Origin: Candidatus Saccharimonadia bacterium
Lineage (GTDB): Bacteria > Patescibacteriota > Saccharimonadia > UBA4664 > JBIOIQ01
Direction of reading: 5' to 3'
NCBI GenBank assembly: GCA_044449985.1
Contig: JBIOIQ010000004.1
Span: 141-64,140, forward strand
Length of the DNA stretch: 64,000 nt
The notes below the pieces were generated by a model that was not told the origin of the DNA, made no database searches, and worked only from the letters and a program-made list of their open reading frames with translations. Below, piece by piece: positions 48,980 through 58,692 of this stretch. Made by a program: the position numbers and the translations under genes. How positions within the stretch are numbered: the first letter of the stretch is position 1; every line of letters begins with the position of its first letter.

Positions 48980-49638
48980 AGAAACTTAAAACTTATTCGA
49001 AGCTGACTGAACTTTACCCAAAAGAGTTTAAAGAATCTTACCAACAGCCTCTAATTGCAACTACCGAGGACATGATCGAGGGTGCTAAAAGCTCTAAGCA
49101 GGCAAAAAAATTATTGCGGGCGTCATATCTTGATTTACCAATCAGTATTGCAAGCGAACACTTTAAAGTAATGGAGAATATCTTAATGCATAAAACACCC
49201 TTATATATTAAAAGAAACGGCCTAATAGCCGGACTTTTGCTGCTGCCATTTGTAGCAGCACTACTCGCAAACTCCGTCGATAAAGTACTCTATAACCACA
49301 CACTTTATCACAGTTGGCTTTGGAGCTTTCCATATTTGCGTTTATGGGTAGTCTACTTCCCAACTCTGGCGCTAATTATCACGGGCATTAGTTTTGTGAC
49401 TTATCTCGCTCAAGAACGATCGAAACAGCAAACGAGTTTAGTTAAACTATTCTTTGATGTTAGACAAAACTGGCCTATCACACTCACCGGAGCCCTAGCA
49501 TTATTTGTTATTCTGGCACTCTTTTTTCACGACGATGCTTTTTGTGTAGTACAAAACCCAATATCAACCCTTACACATTTGAACAGTACTTGGACCTGCC
49601 TACGCACCGGATTTTTAGGTGGCCACGCTATACGCTAA
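48970..49638 (+). CDS. PadR-associated membrane protein (222 aa)
   Basis: It overlaps padR by 10 nt. It has an N-terminal helical region and four hydrophobic segments. Confidence 0.45.
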   Translation: MAVKKLKTYSKLTELYPKEFKESYQQPLIATTEDMIEGAKSSKQAKKLLRASYLDLPISIASEHFKVMENILMHKTPLYIKRNGLIAGLLLLPFVAALLANSVDKVLYNHTLYHSWLWSFPYLRLWVVYFPTLALIITGISFVTYLAQERSKQQTSLVKLFFDVRQNWPITLTGALALFVILALFFHDDAFCVVQNPISTLTHLNSTWTCLRTGFLGGHAIR

Positions 49639-50311
49639 GATAATTCGGAAAATAATCACTTTTACGCAAACGCTCGGGAACTTTGAGGGTTTTAAGCTCA
49701 TCGTCGAGAGCTTCAACCATGACCTCGGGGCCGGACACGTAAATCATCTTATCCTTCCACGAGGCTAAGTTGGTTGATAAGAACTCTCTAGTAAAGCTAA
49801 TGTCCGCAACGATATAGTTAATTTTCATTTCCGGGTGGTGAGCACGAATGTTTTCAAGTTCGTCATAAAATACAAAGTTATTATCTCGAGCACCGTAACA
49901 GAGGGTTATAGGTAACGAAGCCCCGAGTTTATGCCGAGCTGCAATAATGGCGCGGTAAGGTGTAATCCCGATTCCACCTGCTAAAAATACGGCCGGATCA
50001 TGGCTAAGATATGTAAAATCACCTTCGGGACTACCAGCCTCAATCGTGTCTCCCGGTTTCAGCGCAAGGAGCGCTAACTTAAAGGAACTTGAGCGTTTAG
50101 CATCAATGCGTGTCGTAATCTGTAGATAAGCTTCATCTGGAGTTGAAGAAATAGTAAACCAACGGGTAATGCCCCGATCATCTGGATGTTCGTGCGGAAG
50201 GTTATATTCAATATATTGCCCGGGCGTCCAATCGAGCTTGTGTGGTGGATCGAATCGAAATGACCAGACGCCGGGTGCGACCTCGAGATTTTCGATAAGT
50301 TTAAATTTCAC
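49628..50311 (-). CDS. ferredoxin-NADP reductase-like FAD/NAD(P)-binding oxidoreductase
   Basis: GQYIEY, RWFTISS (RxYS-type FAD motif) and FLAGGIGITP (NAD(P) motif). Confidence 0.6.
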   Translation of the reverse strand: MKFKLIENLEVAPGVWSFRFDPPHKLDWTPGQYIEYNLPHEHPDDRGITRWFTISSTPDEAYLQITTRIDAKRSSSFKLALLALKPGDTIEAGSPEGDFTYLSHDPAVFLAGGIGITPYRAIIAARHKLGASLPITLCYGARDNNFVFYDELENIRAHHPEMKINYIVADISFTREFLSTNLASWKDKMIYVSGPEVMVEALDDELKTLKVPERLRKSDYFPNYLSV

Positions 50312-50415
50312 TTATTTTTCCCACATCATTACCTCTTAAATTATAACAAAATTTAAAGCCGGGGCGACGAGCGCAGGTGTATAATAATGCCTACATTTAA
50401 TAAGGACTATTAGTT

Positions 50416-50745
50416 ATGAAGAAATTTATTTGCCTCTACGTCGGACCGGCTACCCCGATGGAAGAAATGAGTGAAGAAGATAGAGCCAAAAACAACGAAG
50501 CCTGGAAGGCCTGGATGACCAAAGTTGGTTCGTCGATAGTTGATTTGGGTGCTCCGATGGGTCCTGGCAAAGCCGTGGTCGATAACGACTCGATGCGCGA
50601 AGCGGGAGACGTAAATGGTTATAGCATTCTAAGCGCCGAATCGATGGATAAGGCATTAGAGCTAGTTATGGGACATCCATTTCTCTCAGCGAAGACAGGA
50701 AATTTTAGCGTCGAAGTATATGAGTTATTGCCGATAGAAATGTAG
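50416..50745 (+). CDS. small YciI-like/dimeric alpha-beta-barrel-like protein (109 aa)
   Basis: MKKFICLYVGP...AWKAWMTKVG..IVDLGAPMG...GYSILSAESMDKALELVMGHPFL. This is a weak family call. A TG-TATAAT box lies at 50378-50385 and AAGGA lies upstream of the ATG. Confidence 0.3.
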   Translation: MKKFICLYVGPATPMEEMSEEDRAKNNEAWKAWMTKVGSSIVDLGAPMGPGKAVVDNDSMREAGDVNGYSILSAESMDKALELVMGHPFLSAKTGNFSVEVYELLPIEM

Positions 50746-50886
50746 TTCGAAAATCACCTCCAAAGCACCCCAATATTAGGGTGGAGGTCTCAAATTGAGC
50801 GGTGTATAATCATGCTTATGTTCTACCTTCTCCTACAGCGAAATCTCAGTCATTCTAATCTAGACTTACGAGAACTAGAATCATAA

Positions 50887-52470
50887 ATGAACGACAGCGA
50901 AACACCGAAACCAAGACTCGATGGCATGGGTGCAAGACAACCAGTGCGCCCTAGGGCGGTTAGAGTTACCCAAAATCCATCATTTACGACCAGATCGGTT
51001 CAAGTTTCCTCCCCTAACTCACCGGCCACTAAACTTCCCAGGCGCAAATTTCGTTCTGGTCGTTTGGGATTTGTTACGCCCAAACGCGTAATACTTTTAA
51101 TTGCCGGTTTACTAGCGATTGTTATTATAGTCAGCGTCGGCTGGGTGGGCTGGAAGTTTATCCGCAACTCCTACAAAATATTCGGGGTCAACGGCGGCAG
51201 CGTTCTCGGACTCTTATCTACCGATAAATTAAAAGGCGAAGATGTAGGTCGGGTAAACATACTACTCGCTGGCAACTCGGCCGATGATCCCGGTCACGGC
51301 GGAGCACTTCTCACCGACTCAATCATGCTGGTCTCGGTTGACACTAAAAACAACACGGCCTTCATGATCTCAATTCCACGCGACCTCTGGGTCAATATCC
51401 CTGGCAATGGCTACTCCAAAATTAATGCGGCCTATGAATATGGGGTCAACGAAAAGTTTAGCGCCCCGGGTTATCCGGCCGGAGGCATGGGACTGCTCGA
51501 AGATACAGTTTCAAAATACTTTAATATCCCTATTAACTACTACGCGCTCGTGAATTACACTGCGTTTCGGGACGGAGTCAACGCTGTTGGCGGGATTGAT
51601 GTGGTTATAAAAAGCCCGGATCCGCGCGGAATATATGACCCCAATATTGCTAAATCCGACCAAGGCCCTTTGATTCTAAAAAACGGCCTCAATCACCTCT
51701 CCGGCCAAATTGCCCTTAATCTAGCCCGCGCTCGCAACGATCCAACTCCGACTGGTCTAGTGGGCTACGGCCTACCCAACGGCGATTTCGACCGCGCTGC
51801 TGATCAAAGGCTTATGCTGATTGCGATAAAGAATAAAATTGTCTCAGGCAATTTCCTGGCTAATCCCCTTAAAATCGGACAACTCTTAGACGCGCTCGGT
51901 AATAATGTCATCACAGATTTTAAAACCAATGACTTACGCCGCCTTTATGACATCGGTAAAAATATTAATTCTAGTAGCATTCAATCGCTATCCCTGCAGG
52001 ATCCAACGCATGGAGTAACGCTACTCGCAAATTACGTATCACCCGATGGCCAAGACGCGCTCATTCCCAAGGCGGGCATTACTAACTTCTCGCAAATCCA
52101 GGCCTATCTTGCCAAAATCACTTCGGAGAACCCAATCGTCAAAGAAGGAGCTAGCGTAGTAGTGTTAAACGGCAGTGGTGTCGCAGGACTCGCCAAAAAA
52201 ACTGCTACCGCCCTGGGTGCTCAAAGCATAAATGTCACAACGTATGACAATGCCCCGACAGGCTTTACTACAACGACTCTTATTGATAATTCCGGCGGCG
52301 CCATGCCCGACACCAAAGTCCTGCTCGGGAAGCTCTACCACACCAGTCCTGGCACTGATGCAACGCTTTCGAGTATATATAACAGTGCCAATTTTATCCT
52401 GATACTTGGATCCGACCAAGCCGCCACTACCACCACTCCTGCCCAAGCGACCACGCCCACATCAAATTAG
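50887..52470 (+). CDS. LCP (LytR-CpsA-Psr) family protein with LytR_C-like C-terminal domain
   Basis: It has a TM anchor. VNILLAGNSADDPGHGGALLTDSIMLVSVD...ISIPRDLWVNIPGNGYSKINAAYEYG matches the family. Confidence 0.8.
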   Translation: MNDSETPKPRLDGMGARQPVRPRAVRVTQNPSFTTRSVQVSSPNSPATKLPRRKFRSGRLGFVTPKRVILLIAGLLAIVIIVSVGWVGWKFIRNSYKIFGVNGGSVLGLLSTDKLKGEDVGRVNILLAGNSADDPGHGGALLTDSIMLVSVDTKNNTAFMISIPRDLWVNIPGNGYSKINAAYEYGVNEKFSAPGYPAGGMGLLEDTVSKYFNIPINYYALVNYTAFRDGVNAVGGIDVVIKSPDPRGIYDPNIAKSDQGPLILKNGLNHLSGQIALNLARARNDPTPTGLVGYGLPNGDFDRAADQRLMLIAIKNKIVSGNFLANPLKIGQLLDALGNNVITDFKTNDLRRLYDIGKNINSSSIQSLSLQDPTHGVTLLANYVSPDGQDALIPKAGITNFSQIQAYLAKITSENPIVKEGASVVVLNGSGVAGLAKKTATALGAQSINVTTYDNAPTGFTTTTLIDNSGGAMPDTKVLLGKLYHTSPGTDATLSSIYNSANFILILGSDQAATTTTPAQATTPTSN

Positions 52471-52543
52471 CTTGTGTTCTGAAGGCAGTTAGACGAGTGT
52501 GTCCTAGTTTGCTAAGGTAATAAGCATAACCAGCTTTATCTTA

Positions 52544-53761
52544 ATGACTAGCCACTCGAAATTACTCCGCTCCGCTAAGACTTTGCAGCCGATATCCGTA
52601 ATTGTGCTCATTGGCATACTGATTTCATTAGGAATCTATGTTGTGTTTCATAGCCACGCCGCATCCTGTACCCTCTCAGGTGACGCGAATTGTGACGGTG
52701 TCGTCAATATTCTCGACCTTTCAATCCTTGCCAGTAACTACGGTAATAGTGGCATGAATTGGGCACAGGGTGATTTTAACAGCGACGGTCTTGTTAATAT
52801 CACGGATCTCTCGATTCTCGCTTCAAACTGGGGCAAAACTGCCGTTGCCGCAAACCCGGCAGCGACCACGGCTGGATTTTATCCGTGTGACGCCATAGAT
52901 AAAGTAAGTTGTCTAAAAACATTGGCAGGCTTAATGAATCGAACAATTCAGTCCTTGCACGTAACCCTAATGACTGACTCAAGTTCATCCAGTAATATGG
53001 CGGGTAATGGTTGGGGCATGTTTGTTGGTGATGGACAGGCTTATCCGTATCAATGGCAAAACGTTAACCCGCACGTTGATCTAACTATCTCAGTTCCGTT
53101 GGCCTTTGGAGGTTTTACCCCTAGTCAAGCTACTGGTTCAGCTGAACTTACTGCGGTAGCCAACGGCACCTATGATAGCGACTATCAGCAACTCGTTAAC
53201 TACGCCATGAATGCTGGCTATACAAATGTTATTTGGCGTTTAGGTTGGGAATTTGACGGTAACTGGATGCCATGGAGCAGCCAAAACAACCCAAATGAAT
53301 TTGTTGCGGCCTATAAGCATGTTCATGACATTGTAAAAGCTGCAATGCCCAATGCAAAGTTTGATTGGTGCGGTACAGCTGGTAACAGTACTTACACAAC
53401 ACAATGGAGTTCAGCTTACCCAGGTGACAGTTACGTAGATTATATTGGCATGGACACTTATAATATTCCAAACTATACTTCTCTAGCTCAATTCCAAACC
53501 AATATAACACCTGACTTACTATTCCAGGAAAATTTTGCAAATACCCATGGAAAACAACTTAGCTACCCGGAATGGGGGCTAGGCAGTATGGACGAACCAT
53601 ATTTCATTCAAGCCATGCATGACTGGTTTGATGCGCTACCAGCAACTGGCGCCGGTTCACTCGGCTATAATGATTATTTTGACGCCAACACCGGCGGAGC
53701 TACCGCCATTGAAAGTAATCCAAACTCTAAAGCCCTCTTTTTTTCACTCTTTAGCAAGTAA
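52544..53761 (+). CDS. exported enzyme: N-terminal dockerin pair + GH26-like glycoside hydrolase domain
   Basis: The signal peptide ends at SHA/AS. It is followed by GDANCDGVVNILDLSILASNYG...QGDFNSDGLVNITDLSILASNWG. The catalytic-looking blocks are IWRLGWEFDGNWMPW and LSYPEWGLG. Confidence 0.55.
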   Translation: MTSHSKLLRSAKTLQPISVIVLIGILISLGIYVVFHSHAASCTLSGDANCDGVVNILDLSILASNYGNSGMNWAQGDFNSDGLVNITDLSILASNWGKTAVAANPAATTAGFYPCDAIDKVSCLKTLAGLMNRTIQSLHVTLMTDSSSSSNMAGNGWGMFVGDGQAYPYQWQNVNPHVDLTISVPLAFGGFTPSQATGSAELTAVANGTYDSDYQQLVNYAMNAGYTNVIWRLGWEFDGNWMPWSSQNNPNEFVAAYKHVHDIVKAAMPNAKFDWCGTAGNSTYTTQWSSAYPGDSYVDYIGMDTYNIPNYTSLAQFQTNITPDLLFQENFANTHGKQLSYPEWGLGSMDEPYFIQAMHDWFDALPATGAGSLGYNDYFDANTGGATAIESNPNSKALFFSLFSK

Positions 53762-53782
53762 ATATTGGATCAAATTAGTTTT

Positions 53783-53812
53783 TATAGACTACCTATCGAT
53801 AGGTAGTCTATA
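53783..53812. terminator. 30-bp perfect palindrome, probable terminator of the GH26-like gene
   Basis: TATAGACTACCTAT-CG-ATAGGTAGTCTATA is followed by ATTTATTTT. Confidence 0.5.
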
Positions 53813-54107
53813 ATTTATTTTCTTATCTGACAATCAGAAATTTTGTGGCGCCTTTATACTATATGAATATAGACGCCTAAATCACAAAAAGTAATTCCAA
53901 AAAGCTATAAAGAAATCAAAGTAAAAGAAGCTAAGACAAAATTGATAATCTATATCAAACAACCATACACATAATAAATAAGCGCACTCCATATAAATAC
54001 GCTATATAAAATACCTATTTCACTACTCCATTTAATTGTAAAAGTTTGTTCGCGCTGCAAAAGAAATAAATTACTTTTATTCGCGGTAATTAAAAACAAC
54101 CAAGAAG

Positions 54108-54431
54108 TTACTTTACACGAAGTCTCGCAGCGACTGCGAACTGCAAAAAATATTCTTCTAGGGTTGGGTCGACTATATCGGTCATAATTGACTCGGCAAA
54201 AAGTTCACGAGCGTACAATAACTCTTTAAGGCCAGCTTTATTACTTACTGCCCATAAGCTCGCCGTAAGATCAATCAAATCTAGACCCCGATAAAAAGCG
54301 GCCTGTGATCTCTCTAACTTGCCCGCCCGCTTGGCATTAAGAGCGCGGCCCACCTCAGAGCCAATATTTCCCATTTGGTTAAACTCATCCATCTTCGCCC
54401 AAGCAGCTCTATCAATAACATGCTCAGTCAT
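54108..54431 (-). CDS. hypothetical helical protein (107 aa), translationally coupled to the DUF5674 gene
   Basis: The start MTEHV overlaps the upstream stop (ATGACTGA). The motif MGNIGSEVGRAL recurs in small CPR-type proteins I have seen, with no assigned function. Confidence 0.4.
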   Translation of the reverse strand: MTEHVIDRAAWAKMDEFNQMGNIGSEVGRALNAKRAGKLERSQAAFYRGLDLIDLTASLWAVSNKAGLKELLYARELFAESIMTDIVDPTLEEYFLQFAVAARLRVK

Positions 54432-54765
54432 GAACGACACCCATGACAATGTCGATTATTTGTTGTTTCTTGCTGGGATCTAAAACGTCCTTTGAAGCAT
54501 TACCTTCTCTCGGACGAATGTTTATCATCGAGTCATACTCGATAAAGTCGTCCGTGCCATAATCTTTCGGGTGCAAGTTTATCCCCCAAAGATCATTTTG
54601 CTTTGAGCCATTTTCCAAAAGATATGCTTCGCCGTCCGCATGCATGCCCATATCTACAATCATAATCTTCCTAATAATATCGACATCGGCTTTCACGAGG
54701 TTACCATACATTTTTTCAGCCATTTCGCCGAGTTCGGCAATACTTATGTTCGAAATCACTTTCAT
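54424..54765 (-). CDS. DUF5674 family protein
   Basis: LVKADVDI.RKIM.VDMGMHADGEAYLLENGSKQNDLWGINLHP...DFIEYDSMINIRPREGN. I placed the start at MKVISN (54765). A TATAAT box lies 7 nt upstream at 54773-54778 on the minus strand. Confidence 0.55.
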   Translation of the reverse strand: MKVISNISIAELGEMAEKMYGNLVKADVDIIRKIMIVDMGMHADGEAYLLENGSKQNDLWGINLHPKDYGTDDFIEYDSMINIRPREGNASKDVLDPSKKQQIIDIVMGVVHD

Positions 54766-54987
54766 TACTATAATTATAGCAAACGAACTAGGCTTAGCGT
54801 TCAATCAGCCAGCAAACATTTGAATATTGCCATATTTCGTGGTATAACATGAAAAGTTCTTTGAAGTTTGTTGAATGGTTTAAGATTAGCTTCTTAATTA
54901 AGACTTTTCGTAGTTAGGGAGCTTACCTTAACCTGAGGTGGCCCACGGCTCGGTGGATGCGAGTCAAAAATCCAAAAGGAGATTGTC

Positions 54988-55773
54988 ATGGCGCCTTACG
55001 ATGTCACCGGCGATCAATACCGAATCATCGACCGCCGCATGATTGAGATCAAACGCCAACTCAACCAAGACGGGGGCTCACCACTTAGCCCAGATTTCGT
55101 GGCCAGGCAGCTGCAAGGGATTATTGAACACGCAAGCGTCGATGCTTCAGTTCCGGAGTCGCAACCAACTACCTCTTTCTCAGAAGCGGCAGCGATCATG
55201 GGCCCAAATTTCCATAGTATTTTTGGGGCCAGTAAACTGCTCGGGCTGATCGGGAGTGCTTTTTATCAGACTCGGCCCCCAGAGTTTGTGCCCTACTCCC
55301 CCGAGACTCTCAGAAAGTGTCGCCAAACTCACGTGCTGATTGAATGCCCACCGGTATCTATATCCGAATTGTTTCTAGCATTCCGTGAACTTTTCGAGGA
55401 AAACTCTGGCATCAGCCTTCTAAGGGAAGCCTATGCTACGGATCCAATCGAACCGGAATGGTATTTGGTCCGAAAAGAAATCTATCCTGGAAGCACTTCA
55501 CAATCCTGGGATCTGCAACGATCACTCCTCGAGCGACATAACCTTGTCACTCCGACACCTAACATCGTGATCTACGCTATCGTCATTCATTATATGGCAA
55601 CCAAAGAGTGGCTCATGTTGGAGTTCGGCGGCAGAACTTTCGAAAAAAACTCAAACCGCTTGCGGATTTCAATATCCGCGCATCATGACAAAGGAATTAG
55701 GATTCGCCTAGTCAGTGATGCGATCTTCTATCACGACGTCGGAGTGTGTGAAGCCCATATTCCGGAAAACTGA
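54988..55773 (+). CDS. hypothetical protein (261 aa), G+C-rich
   Basis: AAAGGAG lies 7 nt upstream. I recognise no motif. Confidence 0.45.
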   Translation: MAPYDVTGDQYRIIDRRMIEIKRQLNQDGGSPLSPDFVARQLQGIIEHASVDASVPESQPTTSFSEAAAIMGPNFHSIFGASKLLGLIGSAFYQTRPPEFVPYSPETLRKCRQTHVLIECPPVSISELFLAFRELFEENSGISLLREAYATDPIEPEWYLVRKEIYPGSTSQSWDLQRSLLERHNLVTPTPNIVIYAIVIHYMATKEWLMLEFGGRTFEKNSNRLRISISAHHDKGIRIRLVSDAIFYHDVGVCEAHIPEN

Positions 55774-55885
55774 CAAACTCACAGCTAAAACTTAGCCCGG
55801 TAGTGGTAAAGATCCTCGCGAAAGCGGAACCGCTACCGGACATCCCGCCCACCCAAAAACTTCTAAAAAAGTTGCGGGTGGGTTT

Positions 55886-56356
55886 TTACTTGTTTCCCCC
55901 ATTCCAAACTAGGTGGTACTTTTGACCACGTTCCTGCCCAAATTTGCCAAAAGCATACCAATCGCTAATCGTTATCATATAAAACTTATGGCCTTCCGAC
56001 TTTTGGGCGTCATCAAGAATTCGCCGGTCTAGTCCTAGGCGCTGCTCAAATAACGGATAAATACGGTGCTGCTCGGCAAGATCATCTAACACCCTTGCTG
56101 TCCCCTCAAAGTAAATACCGTGGGGATACTCATCAACGGCGTGCTGCTCAACTATATTACCCGATACATACGGATTATCACTAAGCTCCATGGAATGACG
56201 CCGAGAGGCTTGGGAACGGAAATAGAGATTTAAATTCTCATCATAGACAAAGTGCAGCTCACACACCCACGGCTTATTCTCCCGCACGGTCGCAAAAGAC
56301 ATGTGATATGTCTTACCAATATTTTCCCGAATGATGTTTTCGACGCTTATGTCCAT
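55886..56356 (-). CDS. pyridoxamine 5'-phosphate oxidase-like FMN-binding family protein
   Basis: MSFATVRENKPWVCELHFVYDENLNLYFRSQASRRH fits the split-barrel pattern. Confidence 0.5.
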   Translation of the reverse strand: MDISVENIIRENIGKTYHMSFATVRENKPWVCELHFVYDENLNLYFRSQASRRHSMELSDNPYVSGNIVEQHAVDEYPHGIYFEGTARVLDDLAEQHRIYPLFEQRLGLDRRILDDAQKSEGHKFYMITISDWYAFGKFGQERGQKYHLVWNGGNK

Positions 56357-56366
56357 AGTGTTTCCC

Positions 56367-56954
56367 CTAGTTAAGTGAATTGATCAGTTCTTTAATAGCT
56401 CGTTCGTAATGCTTATTCCCAATGTCGTGCCCAGCCCCCGCAACCTTTATAAAGTCCCAGCCGGTGGCACCCACAAGCTCAGCGGTCCAAAGCTTAAATT
56501 CTGGCCATAAGCTAAGTTCCTTCTCACCGGCTATGGTAAAGCCGTGATCAACTTTAAGACTGCCCAGCAAATCTCGCCACGACAAGAGCTCACGTCGCTC
56601 TTTATGTTTACTGCCCAGCCACTCCCAACTTTTGTCCGGGATTACCTCAAAATACTCTCTAAAAAACCCGCTGGGCGAGCACAAGATTAAGTTATTAACC
56701 GGGACAAAAGAGGCCGCAATCAAACTCGACATCGCACCCAGTGAAAAACCCCAGAGCGAAGTTTCTCCATTCAGTTTGCCTGCCGCCTCAACAATTTGAC
56801 TAGCCCAACTCGTTATGTTTCGCTTATCCCAATCGAGCTCAAGCGCCGTCACATTAAACCCCCGCGCTCGAAAAGTTTCAGCTACCGCAATATAGCTTGG
56901 CCAAGTATTCGACTCAGTCCATCCGGGCGACATAATCACATGCTTCATTAACAT
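56367..56954 (-). CDS. alpha/beta hydrolase (195 aa)
   Basis: The nucleophile elbow is GFSLGA. A late GAGHD supplies the candidate catalytic His. Confidence 0.5.
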   Translation of the reverse strand: MLMKHVIMSPGWTESNTWPSYIAVAETFRARGFNVTALELDWDKRNITSWASQIVEAAGKLNGETSLWGFSLGAMSSLIAASFVPVNNLILCSPSGFFREYFEVIPDKSWEWLGSKHKERRELLSWRDLLGSLKVDHGFTIAGEKELSLWPEFKLWTAELVGATGWDFIKVAGAGHDIGNKHYERAIKELINSLN

Positions 56955-57124
56955 AGATTATAGCTTAAGTTGGTAACCGGTGAATAATCTGCCAAATCAA
57001 AGCCAGTGGATTGAGAAATTCTTGACGGATTCGGATAATATTCGTATACTAGGCTAGTTTTTCGAGTTACCTTCCGAAAAAAGTATCGCGCTACCGTAGA
57101 GACCAACCGAGAAAAGAGCTCGCC

Positions 57125-57796
57125 ATGTCCGAATACATCCCCAAGAGCAATATCCGGGAACATGCAAACGAACCGAAAACTAAGCGACAGAGGTTTGGAA
57201 TTGGGGGTGTCGTCTTAGTAGTCCTGACACTTTTTGGAGCATTTTTGTTCCTTGTTTCGAAGGACAGCCAGGCCTCCGACCGCGAAAGTTCCCTCCAAGA
57301 GAAGTACCCCCAACGAACCCAGTACCTAGCCGATTACTTGGCCGTCATGGGCTTTTCTACCACCCAGCCGGTTAACATCACGTTCGGAAAACCGATGGTC
57401 GGTACTTCGGGTGACGTGAAAAATTCGGGGCTGCTAATCTTGGGCACCGGATCGCAGTCCAGCTCAACCCACTTAAGCGCCCAGGAGTACTTCCCGGTAA
57501 CCATGATTATCGGGGGAACGGGATATCACTTTTTAGTCTCATCCGTGATGGTAACAACCAGAGCGGACACCAGCACCACTCACATCACACTTGCAAATCC
57601 GATCGAATCGTATGCACAGGACACGGTGAGCTGCACCAGCCCGTTTTTCCATCCCAGCCGTGTACGCTGTAGTGTCGCGAAGATGCCCAACATCGATCCT
57701 CAGATTCTGGGTAATCTCAAGCAACAGGGGCTCGCCACGCTAATCGAGAATAACCTCTCTGGGATTAGTTCTCCTTCAAGCGCTATCGCGCAGTAG
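57125..57796 (+). CDS. hypothetical N-terminally anchored protein (223 aa), G+C-rich
   Basis: It has a single TM helix (GIGGVVLVVLTLFGAFLFLV) and no recognisable motif. Confidence 0.4.
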   Translation: MSEYIPKSNIREHANEPKTKRQRFGIGGVVLVVLTLFGAFLFLVSKDSQASDRESSLQEKYPQRTQYLADYLAVMGFSTTQPVNITFGKPMVGTSGDVKNSGLLILGTGSQSSSTHLSAQEYFPVTMIIGGTGYHFLVSSVMVTTRADTSTTHITLANPIESYAQDTVSCTSPFFHPSRVRCSVAKMPNIDPQILGNLKQQGLATLIENNLSGISSPSSAIAQ

Positions 57797-57862
57797 TGCA
57801 ACAGCTCAATATAAACCGACTTGGGCAAGACAAATATCCACCCGAGCCGGAAAATAACTCAC

Positions 57863-57886
57863 AGCCCTCTTCCGAGAGGGCTTTTT
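57863..57886 (+). terminator. intrinsic terminator
   Basis: AGCCCTCT-TCCG-AGAGGGCT followed by TTTT. Confidence 0.7.
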
Positions 57887-57900
57887 CATGCACCTTTGGA

Positions 57901-58692
57901 CTAACTTGGTTGCCGTTGATACTGCCAGATAGAAATAGGAATAAAAACTACCAGAATTCCTAAGACCCAAGCCAGAGTTTTCCAAATCGCCCCGTCCGAA
58001 GGGACGCCAAGAGCCAGTTGACGAGCAGCGTTCACCGTAAACGTTACCGGCTGATTACGAACAAAGGCTTGCAACCACTTCGGCATTGACTGGATCTGAA
58101 CAAAAGCGGCACTGGCAAACACTAGGGGAAAGATGAAGACAAAGCTGGCGAGCTGGGCAGTTTCGGCGTCTTTAACTAGCATCCCGATATAGGCAAACAC
58201 CCAGGACAAACCGTAGGCAAACAATACGACTAGCCCGACCATGCCAAGAGCGTTCCAGAACCCGTTGCTAAAACGAAACCCAATTAAATATCCAACCGAG
58301 ACCATGATGCCTACCACTACCACGTTTCGGACTGCATCAGCAATGGTGCGTCCGGCAATGACCGCCAGTCTCGACATGGGCAGTGAGCGGTAGCGATCAA
58401 CGATCCCCCGCGTCATATCATCGGCGAGACTTATTCCAGTTTGCACACCACCAAACATAACCATTTGAACGAGTATTCCAGGAAGCAAATAATTAATATA
58501 TTTCCCACCCGGCACATTTAATCCGTTACTGAGCGCTCCACCAAATACGTAGTTAAAGAGCAAGAGAAACATAATGGGTTGCACGGAAGAGAAAAACAGC
58601 AGTCTCGGAAGCCGGATATAGCGCACTAAATTACGTCTAACCAGAACTAGCGTGTCATGTACGCCAAAGTAGATTTTTTTAAATGGGTTCAT
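57901..58692 (-). CDS. ABC-2 type transporter permease (DrrB-like)
   Basis: It has six hydrophobic segments. It overlaps the ATPase gene by 4 nt. Confidence 0.7.
   Translation of the reverse strand: MNPFKKIYFGVHDTLVLVRRNLVRYIRLPRLLFFSSVQPIMFLLLFNYVFGGALSNGLNVPGGKYINYLLPGILVQMVMFGGVQTGISLADDMTRGIVDRYRSLPMSRLAVIAGRTIADAVRNVVVVGIMVSVGYLIGFRFSNGFWNALGMVGLVVLFAYGLSWVFAYIGMLVKDAETAQLASFVFIFPLVFASAAFVQIQSMPKWLQAFVRNQPVTFTVNAARQLALGVPSDGAIWKTLAWVLGILVVFIPISIWQYQRQPS

Noticed and set aside
53860-54010. A minus-strand 35-codon hydrophobic ORF (MECAYLLCVWLFDIDYQF...) in the AT-rich gap.
   Set aside because: It has no Shine-Dalgarno or promoter context. Its aromatic-rich composition is what AT-rich DNA yields by chance.
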